In this document: one piece after another, positions 36,509 to 42,243 of the stretch
How positions within the stretch are numbered: position 1 is the first letter of the stretch
Layout: each line of letters opens with the position of its first letter
Origin: a virus
Lineage: Duplodnaviria > Heunggongvirae > Uroviricota > Caudoviricetes
Length of the DNA: 42,243 bases
IMG/VR virus record: IMGVR_UViG_3300029976_000110
Reading direction: 5' to 3' (one strand)
The notes under the pieces: model-generated
Seen by the model: only the letters and a program-made list of their open reading frames with translations
Databases searched by the model: none
Told to the model about the DNA's origin: nothing
Translations under genes and position numbers: made by a program

Positions 36509-36540
36509 CAAATATAGTAAATTAAAATTCAACTTCCAAA
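36509..36540 (-). promoter_or_regulatory. Bacteroidota sigma-A-type promoter for the repL-like operon
   Basis: On the - strand: TTTG (36540-37), 20-nt spacer, TATATTTG (36516-09), 24 nt upstream of ATG 36484. Confidence 0.75.
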
Positions 36541-36560
36541 TTAAAATTTAGAAAACTCAC

Positions 36561-36663
36561 AAATTTGGGGAGCAAATTCAAATTTGGTAAATTAATTTCT
36601 AAGTTTGGATATAAATGCCTTAAATTCGATATAAGTACTTCTCAATTCGGAGAAATCCTTGTA
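36561..36663. repeat. degenerate ~21-bp periodic iteron-like array
   Basis: Cores aaatttgg (36561), aaatttgg (36580), aagtttgg (36601), aaattcga (36622) and caattcgg (36643), spaced 19, 21, 21 and 21 bp. Confidence 0.4.
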
Positions 36664-36884
36664 ACTAATTGAAAATCAGAAACTTATATATTTTCAAGTA
36701 TATTGTCTTATTTGCAAAATCCTACATGAATCAGTCTATAAACTATACTTACTCAGAACTATACTTAAAAGACCATTTAAGACCTCTAACGTTCTCTACA
36801 ATCCACTAAAAAGTATCGGATGATCAACTTATTCAGAATGACTATTAAAACCGTTAGAAAGTCTTATTTTGTCTCAAAAAATAT

Positions 36885-36926
36885 AAAAAAAAAATGGGCA
36901 GAAACGTAAAAACGCTCCTGCCCATT
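36885..36926 (-). terminator. intrinsic terminator of the - strand metabolic gene operon
   Basis: Stem atgggcag / ctgcccat (with inner cgt/acg), preceded on the + strand by an A-run, ~50 nt past the stop at 36978. Confidence 0.75.
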
Positions 36927-36977
36927 AAAATATATATTAATAACTCTTATGTGTAATCACTTACTATTCTGTTATCT

Positions 36978-37295
36978 TTAATCAGATTTCTCATTTAAAA
37001 CTTCAAATTTTAATTGATTTCCATCACAGATGACTGAAATACATTTATCATTTGAATTAAATACAATATACTTTCTATCACAAACTTTAAATTCTATTCC
37101 TTCACAGGTCTCTAAAATTAACTCAGAAAGTAAAAATCCATTTATAGGAGATTGTATAACAATACTCTCATTTATTCCGCTTGATATTGCAAAGATAACA
37201 TTATTAATTCCTGCTTTGAAATACATTAGTCCAGAATTAAAATCAGAATTTACGTGCTTTAACGGATTTCCAACTGTCTTATTCTCTCCTGACAT
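36978..37295 (-). CDS. hypothetical protein, 105 aa
   Basis: Open frame from ATG to TAA in a co-directional gene run, overlapping the upstream gene end; no recognisable motif. Confidence 0.6.
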   Translation of the reverse strand: MSGENKTVGNPLKHVNSDFNSGLMYFKAGINNVIFAISSGINESIVIQSPINGFLLSELILETCEGIEFKVCDRKYIVFNSNDKCISVICDGNQLKFEVLNEKSD

Positions 37296-37792
37296 ATATG
37301 TATAATTTTCTTATAATCGAGTATTCTGGATTCTGTATCGGACATTCCAGGTTCCTCTTTAGTTCTTAAAACACGTTTAACTATATCTGCATCCCAAGGA
37401 TTGAGGCCGTAGTCTTGCCAAATCGCCCATGGTTGAATAGTATGTTGAGAATAGTTGCTTCGACCTTCATTATGATCTCTTACAGAGGAATCAAGCAAAC
37501 CAAGTTTACAAAGGTTGTGATAAACTTGATTATTTACTTTTAAGATCTTCATTTTATCATCATCAATTGCATCTAAGTTAACGTCTTGTGTGGTATTTTT
37601 GACATTTGGATCAACATAAGGTTTACACTTAGATTTAATATCCTGAATAACTCCTAACATACCATTAGAAAGATCTACTCCTCTTTTCCTATTAATAATT
37701 CTTTCGTCTTTTATCTCCAGAATATCATTTACTTCGGCTATTACAACATCATAATATCTATATGGTTTTTTCTCGCAGTATTTATACAACAT
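37259..37792 (-). CDS. DUF3310-like protein (T7 gp1.7-related nucleotide kinase-like family), 177 aa
   Basis: NYSQHTIQPWAIWQDYGLNPWDADIVKRVLRTKE...DYKKIIHICQER resembles DUF3310. The protein given in the track is encoded on the - strand (cat at 37790-92, tta at 37259-61), although the track labels it +. Confidence 0.65.
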   Translation of the reverse strand: MLYKYCEKKPYRYYDVVIAEVNDILEIKDERIINRKRGVDLSNGMLGVIQDIKSKCKPYVDPNVKNTTQDVNLDAIDDDKMKILKVNNQVYHNLCKLGLLDSSVRDHNEGRSNYSQHTIQPWAIWQDYGLNPWDADIVKRVLRTKEEPGMSDTESRILDYKKIIHICQERIRQLEIR

Positions 37793-37812
37793 ATTTGATT
37801 AAACTATCTACG

Positions 37813-38502
37813 TCAATCATTCCAAGTTATATCTAAATAAAGTGGTTCATAAACAGGCTCATATTTCTCATCTTTAATACTTACATTATAGTGTGTAGTA
37901 TTATTTATTTTAATAGCTTCTTTTGGACAAGAATGTAAATGTCCACATATATGTAAAACAGGTTGTTTTTTCTCTATTGCTTCAAGCAACTGTACATTTC
38001 CAATATGAGTTCCGTCATTCCAAGGTACATCTTGTGTCAGAATATCACCATACTTATAAGGTTGATCATGAGTCATTAATATATCTAATCCTTCAGGTAT
38101 TTGACTATACAAATCAGTTAATTGTTCTGAATTAGCCATATAAGCCCAATTTCCAAATTGCTTACACCAAGGAGTGCCATATATTCTATATTGAGTACCT
38201 AAATGGTCATAAATATACTCATCGTCAAATAGAAAAGTTACTTTATCATCAGTAGGAAAGGCATCATACCATTCATCATCATGTCCTTGAAGACCAAGCT
38301 CGTGATTTCCAGCTATAAACAACACTTTATCACATGGTAGTGAGTTGGCCCAAGGTTTAAATTCCTTAATATACCAATTGTAGCAGGATTTATAGTAGAC
38401 TTGCTGACTTAAGTCAACGGAATCTCCACATATTAAGACTAGATTACATTGATCTAGAGTAGGAAGATAACCATGAAGGTCAGAAATTGCACATATTTTC
38501 AT
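37813..38502 (-). CDS. calcineurin-like metallophosphoesterase, 229 aa
   Basis: All five metal-binding motifs are present: SDLHG, CGD, GNHE, THD and GHLH. Confidence 0.9.
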   Translation of the reverse strand: MKICAISDLHGYLPTLDQCNLVLICGDSVDLSQQVYYKSCYNWYIKEFKPWANSLPCDKVLFIAGNHELGLQGHDDEWYDAFPTDDKVTFLFDDEYIYDHLGTQYRIYGTPWCKQFGNWAYMANSEQLTDLYSQIPEGLDILMTHDQPYKYGDILTQDVPWNDGTHIGNVQLLEAIEKKQPVLHICGHLHSCPKEAIKINNTTHYNVSIKDEKYEPVYEPLYLDITWND

Positions 38503-38517
38503 TTTTTATTCAAAATT

Positions 38518-38811
38518 TTAGTTAAGAGCATCATACCAACCATCTCCTTCATCTTTATGATATTGAACTACGTCACAACCATATTCAACAGACAGACAAC
38601 GCATGAAAATGTCATCTTTGTTTGGTATAGACTCATGTAATTTATCCATTTCTTTATCTGGAAAGGTCCATTTAGAATCAAAGTAACAGTCTAAACCTTC
38701 ATCTCCAGTCCATTCAGCACTGTCCCAATTATCGAAAAATTCTTCTATTACTTTTAAATTTTCTTTATCCTTAGAATAAGCATAAAATTCATTGCGACAT
38801 ATATTAGCCAT
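38518..38811 (-). CDS. hypothetical protein, 97 aa
   Basis: Compact ATG-TAA ORF in operon context; the FDSKWTFP segment weakly recalls YubB/DUF1281-like proteins (not verified). Confidence 0.65.
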   Translation of the reverse strand: MANICRNEFYAYSKDKENLKVIEEFFDNWDSAEWTGDEGLDCYFDSKWTFPDKEMDKLHESIPNKDDIFMRCLSVEYGCDVVQYHKDEGDGWYDALN

Positions 38812-38846
38812 AAGTATAAATTTTTCCAGTTTTAGAAGAACCTAGT

Positions 38847-39068
38847 TTAAGTAGTTTTTTCCCTTCTAGACTCATAATCTAATGCCTTAATTAAGTAGTT
38901 TATTGCATCAAGTTGTCCATTGGATAAGGAAATAACTCTCTCGTTTAAGCTAATATCATAGCCTTCTCCATTAGTCCATTCTGTAACCTCAATAAAATCA
39001 TCTTTCTTAGCTAGATAGTCATATTTTGTTAGGTCATCATTAATAGACCTTCTATTTTCAATATTCAT
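38847..39068 (-). CDS. hypothetical protein, ~73 aa
   Basis: Track ORF 38847-39119; the ATG at 39068 (MNIENRR) is preferred because it overlaps the ung stop by only 11 nt. Confidence 0.6.
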   Translation of the reverse strand: MNIENRRSINDDLTKYDYLAKKDDFIEVTEWTNGEGYDISLNERVISLSNGQLDAINYLIKALDYESRREKTT

Positions 39069-39735
39069 ATTCTTTATAAAATTTAAATTGATTCCCATTT
39101 TGTCCTTTAAGTATTTCATTCACCTTAGCAAATACATTAGGCATTTTCTCTTGTCTTCGTGCATAATAAGCTGGATGATATACTTCTAGGATATTTTGAG
39201 AACCTAATATATATTGCTTATAAGAACTTGCTTGATTTCCAAATAATACCCATATTAATCCAGAATTACTTAGACTTAGATTTCTAAATAAAGTAGAAAT
39301 AAATGGATGCCATATATTATAATGAGATCCTACTTGATTAACTTTACAAGTTAAAGCAGAATTAATCATTAAGATCCCTTGTTCACACCAAGATTCCAGA
39401 GTATTGTCAAACTCAATCCTCCCATGTGGAATAGTATAGTCAATTACAGCTTCCTTAACTACCTGCAGTGAAGGACTTAATTGATCTTCAGGAGTATCTA
39501 TACTATTGCCAAAGAGTATTCCTTGAGCTACTCCTCGCTGTGGATATGGATCCTGCCCTACAAAGACAGCTCTACATTTATTATAGGGACATAGTTTAAA
39601 AGCTTTAAAGATGTTCTTCCAAGATGGACATAAGTTATCTGGATGTATCGCTTTAACTTGCCATAATGCAAATATAGCTGCTTTACTATCGATAACTTGT
39701 GCCCAATCTCCAAAATATTCTTCAGCAGTTACCAT
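39058..39735 (-). CDS. ung: uracil-DNA glycosylase, family 1, 225 aa
   Basis: GQDPYP catalytic motif, GILF, EQGILMINSALT, WVLFG and HPAYY. Confidence 0.92.
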   Translation of the reverse strand: MVTAEEYFGDWAQVIDSKAAIFALWQVKAIHPDNLCPSWKNIFKAFKLCPYNKCRAVFVGQDPYPQRGVAQGILFGNSIDTPEDQLSPSLQVVKEAVIDYTIPHGRIEFDNTLESWCEQGILMINSALTCKVNQVGSHYNIWHPFISTLFRNLSLSNSGLIWVLFGNQASSYKQYILGSQNILEVYHPAYYARRQEKMPNVFAKVNEILKGQNGNQFKFYKEYEY

Positions 39736-39935
39736 GTCTCATAATCAGTTATGTCGTGGACTTGTCCACATTTGTTACATCTTACTTCTACAATATAACC
39801 AATTTCTGTACCAGTAATAATATAAGAAAATTCGTAACAAACACGAGGATCATCGAGAAAGACTGGACCACAGTTGTGATGCTTTAACCAGTCTTTAGCC
39901 CATCTCTTTTGCTTATCGTTTATTTCAATTGTCAT
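39729..39935 (-). CDS. small hypothetical protein with a CxxC motif, 68 aa
   Basis: ATG-TAA ORF between thyX and ung, coupled to both; RCNKCG motif plus an HHNC segment that may bind metal. Confidence 0.7.
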   Translation of the reverse strand: MTIEINDKQKRWAKDWLKHHNCGPVFLDDPRVCYEFSYIITGTEIGYIVEVRCNKCGQVHDITDYETW

Positions 39936-39940
39936 AGCAA

Positions 39941-40825
39941 TTATTCAAAATCATAGCCTAATCCTTCAAGTTCCTTCTTAATCATATTAGCAATTATTTG
40001 AGCATTAGGATGTGCACGTCTATCACTTCTAAGTTCAATAACGTGCCTCCATTCGTCAATAGAATAAGTATAGACTACTTCGGTGGCGGTGTCAAGAGGA
40101 AGAACGCCACGTGCGTCTTGACGTTTAAGACCTTTGTCCAATAATGCTTTATACGCAGTAAACTGAATGTTACAAGCAAGCAAATAATGTTGAACTAACT
40201 CATTGGACACGTTAGGAAGATGCTCATTTTCTGGAGTGTCTTCTTTATTCCAAATGTTTGCGTCTTCTTCAGTGATCCAATGAGGCCTTACGATAGTGCC
40301 ATTCTCATGCACATATCGAGTACTGCGTTCAGCGATGGCATTAGGACTGACCCTGTTAAGCTCACGAGAAGTACTGATTTGAGTAGTTATACGAAAAGTA
40401 TAACGCATCATGTTCCATCCTACCTCAGTATTAGCAAACTCATCAGGAGTTACCTGATGACAAGTAATAATGTTCCATATTGCATAATCTCTATAATCAA
40501 TCATAAAGTTATGGTTTGTTGCAATATATATCTTGTCATCAATTCTGTCAGCAAGAATAGGGGTTGGATAAATAATATTTACATAAGGACAATTATTAAA
40601 TGGAGAAATAACTTCTCGATTATACGGGGTGTCTGGAATAATAGCATATTCAGATCGATGTCTAAACATACTATTATGCTTAGCTTTAAGAAGCCTGTCA
40701 TACAAATCTTGCACAGTGGACTTGCCCTCCACAGGACTTCCATAACAAACTCTTGCACATTTTGCAACGTGTTCTATTGGGTCTTCCTGTTTCCACAGTT
40801 CCACTTTTGGTTCAATTATCATCAT
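39941..40825 (-). CDS. thyX: FAD-dependent thymidylate synthase ThyX, 294 aa
   Basis: CARVCY, LLKAKHNSMF, SRELNRVSPNAIAERSTRYV, QDARGVLPLDTATEVVYT and ELRSDRRAHPNAQ. Confidence 0.88.
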   Translation of the reverse strand: MMIIEPKVELWKQEDPIEHVAKCARVCYGSPVEGKSTVQDLYDRLLKAKHNSMFRHRSEYAIIPDTPYNREVISPFNNCPYVNIIYPTPILADRIDDKIYIATNHNFMIDYRDYAIWNIITCHQVTPDEFANTEVGWNMMRYTFRITTQISTSRELNRVSPNAIAERSTRYVHENGTIVRPHWITEEDANIWNKEDTPENEHLPNVSNELVQHYLLACNIQFTAYKALLDKGLKRQDARGVLPLDTATEVVYTYSIDEWRHVIELRSDRRAHPNAQIIANMIKKELEGLGYDFE

Positions 40826-40843
40826 AATTTTTATTGTTTATAG

Positions 40844-41428
40844 TTACACGAAGTCAAGCATAAGGACTTCATTCTCTCCGTCAAGTATCTCCTTAAACTC
40901 CTCCTTGAACTGGTTGTTGTGCTTTTTGGCATAGAGGTAAGGGATGCAATGTATAAAGCGTTTCCAGCCAAGCACGGAAGAATACTTATGCGTTATGTTG
41001 AGATGGACATCACCTTGCACGACCTCCTTGTAATCCCACTTTTGGTAAGCCCCACAGAAGTGCAGCTTCGGGGCAGGGTTTTTAAGGCCACTGGCCCAAG
41101 ACGTGAACCTTATCAGGATTTCATCAGAACGCTTGGGCTTCTTGTTATATTCAAGCATCACGCGAAAGTAGATGTCCACATCATGCCTTTGTGAGTAAGA
41201 CTGCAAAAGTATGAGTATGAAGTTTAGGCTTGGCGATCTGTACGAAGCGAGGCCATGCGCGAAGCAGTATTCTCCATTAGGCTTCATCTTGATTCTGAGG
41301 TCAAAGTAGCGCACGCCAGCCTCAAGCTGCTCAGACAACCACTTGGACTGGCATTTTGAGAACACGTTGAACGGTTTTAGATACCATACACAAGGATAGC
41401 TTGTAAGTGAGTTGTGACTTCCTAACAT
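40844..41428 (-). CDS. PI-PLC X-domain-like phosphodiesterase, 194 aa
   Basis: GSHNS, CQSKWLSEQLEAGVRYFDLRI and FAHG match the PI-PLC catalytic X-domain pattern with both catalytic His. Confidence 0.8.
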   Translation of the reverse strand: MLGSHNSLTSYPCVWYLKPFNVFSKCQSKWLSEQLEAGVRYFDLRIKMKPNGEYCFAHGLASYRSPSLNFILILLQSYSQRHDVDIYFRVMLEYNKKPKRSDEILIRFTSWASGLKNPAPKLHFCGAYQKWDYKEVVQGDVHLNITHKYSSVLGWKRFIHCIPYLYAKKHNNQFKEEFKEILDGENEVLMLDFV

Positions 41429-42054
41429 TACTCTTCACCTCCTTTCGGCGACTCAACATCATTGTTCAGACTGGCATCATCCTCTCCACGCCTTATGAGA
41501 ATATAGTCTGCCCAGATGCCAATGAACTGATTGCCACAATAAACGGCAAGCTCCTCTGTCTTCAGAGCAAGGCGAGCCGAGATGTTCGCGTTCGAGACCG
41601 ACCAACCGATGCCCGAGCGCGCAAACGCGAGACCGCAATACGAACCGGAGGTCGAGCAACCGCCGAACAGCCACAGCCGTTTCTTCTCATCCTCAACCAT
41701 ATTGCCTATCTCTTCCTGCGTATATAGACAGAACCACGGATACCAGCGTTCCTCATCTTCCGTGAACTGCGGTGTCCAGCCCTCATTGAGGGCGGCAACG
41801 ATAATGCGGAGCTTGAGGTACGCTATTAAGTCTGCCGTCCATACGCATGTCTCCAATCCACTTGCACAGTTGATGTATTGTGCCACGAGGATATTCTTTT
41901 CTCCAAGCTCCTCGCAAGCGTCCTCAAACGTCTTGACACGCTCCGTTACGTCCTTTGGTTTCTGCGGTGCTTCGTCAACCAACGTTAGCACTCCGTTCAC
42001 CCATTCGGCTTTCTTGCCGTCGGGAATTTCAACTGTAACTGTCTTCTGTTTCAT
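41428..42054 (-). CDS. hypothetical Bacteroidota phage/prophage-type protein, 208 aa
   Basis: Long ORF whose stop overlaps the next start (TAATG); motifs VKTFEDAC, LKLRIIVAALNEGW and RWYPWF; function unknown. Confidence 0.8.
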   Translation of the reverse strand: MKQKTVTVEIPDGKKAEWVNGVLTLVDEAPQKPKDVTERVKTFEDACEELGEKNILVAQYINCASGLETCVWTADLIAYLKLRIIVAALNEGWTPQFTEDEERWYPWFCLYTQEEIGNMVEDEKKRLWLFGGCSTSGSYCGLAFARSGIGWSVSNANISARLALKTEELAVYCGNQFIGIWADYILIRRGEDDASLNNDVESPKGGEE

Positions 42055-42061
42055 ATCTTCT

Positions 42062-42243
42062 TTATTTCACTTTGTTTGTCCTTACCTTGTCTATGCAGTC
42101 GCAAACCCACTCAACAAAGTAGGCATAATGCTCATCCTCGTCAAGATTGAATGTGATGCTCAAGTCTTGGAAGATTTTGTTTGCAACATGAATAGCCTCG
42201 TGTATAACCTGTGAGAGCTTTTCTATGCGCCTAATGTAAACAA
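42062..42243 (-). CDS. 3' end of an HExxH-motif (zincin-like) protein, partial
   Basis: The - strand reads VYIRRIEKLSQVIHEAIHVANKIFQDLSITFNLDEDEHYAYFVEWVCDCIDKVRTNKVK-TAA (stop at 42062-64); the start lies beyond the window. Confidence 0.65.
   Translation of the reverse strand, partial: VYIRRIEKLSQVIHEAIHVANKIFQDLSITFNLDEDEHYAYFVEWVCDCIDKVRTNKVK

Noticed and set aside
37259-37792. Track strand label + for the MLYKYCEKK ORF
   Set aside because: The given protein is encoded by the reverse complement (cat at 37790-92, tta at 37259-61), so I annotated it on the - strand.
39069-39119. Track start 39119 for the gene ending at 38847
   Set aside because: It would overlap ung by about 60 nt; the in-frame ATG at 39068 fits the coupling pattern better.
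37030-42214. Plus-strand ORFs 37030, 37923, 39611, 39699, 40220, 40919, 41407 and 41582, and off-frame minus ORFs 40579 and 41477
   Set aside because: They overlap motif-bearing - strand genes; the long ones (207 and 210 aa) are typical antisense shadows, favoured by higher GC, with no recognisable domains.
1-42243. CRISPR array, rRNA, integrase or transposase
   Set aside because: No regularly spaced identical repeats with unique spacers and no matching motifs were seen; the only periodic array (36561-36663) is degenerate and lacks spacers.

Overview
This window is a segment of a crAss-like (Crassvirales) Bacteroidota phage genome with two convergent arms. The + strand arm (1-34993) looks fragmented in the supplied ORF track only because TAG is read as a sense codon, almost certainly Gln (translation table 15-like). 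Successive track ORFs lie in one frame and end at TAG; reading through TAG gives 11 contiguous, mostly stop/start-coupled genes that end in TAA or TGA. They include several putative virion cargo proteins, a DUF192 protein and four giant proteins: ~2956 aa with an SF1 helicase domain, a ~3288 aa two-barrel RNA polymerase, a 771 aa HExxH zincin-like protein, and ~1519 aa with a degenerate PD-(D/E)xK-like motif. The RNA polymerase gene is split by two group I introns. One sits inside the catalytic DY^DID motif; the other carries a deleted LAGLIDADG homing-endonuclease remnant with its own promoter. The - strand arm (35478-42243) holds a RepL-like gene coupled to a TAG-recoded T5orf172/GIY-YIG-like gene, then TAG-free genes for DUF3310, a metallophosphoesterase, uracil-DNA glycosylase, ThyX, a PI-PLC-like protein and hypotheticals, with GC rising toward the end. 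Between the arms lies an unexplained ~320-nt structured non-coding region. The most novel-looking pattern is that all six junction-facing termini of the four giant proteins carry a Cys within 4 residues, while the two outer termini do not. No tRNA, rRNA or CRISPR array was seen. Product calls come from manual translation and motif recognition only; no database search was run. The longest reading frames were checked in long stretches and by frame arithmetic, not codon by codon.
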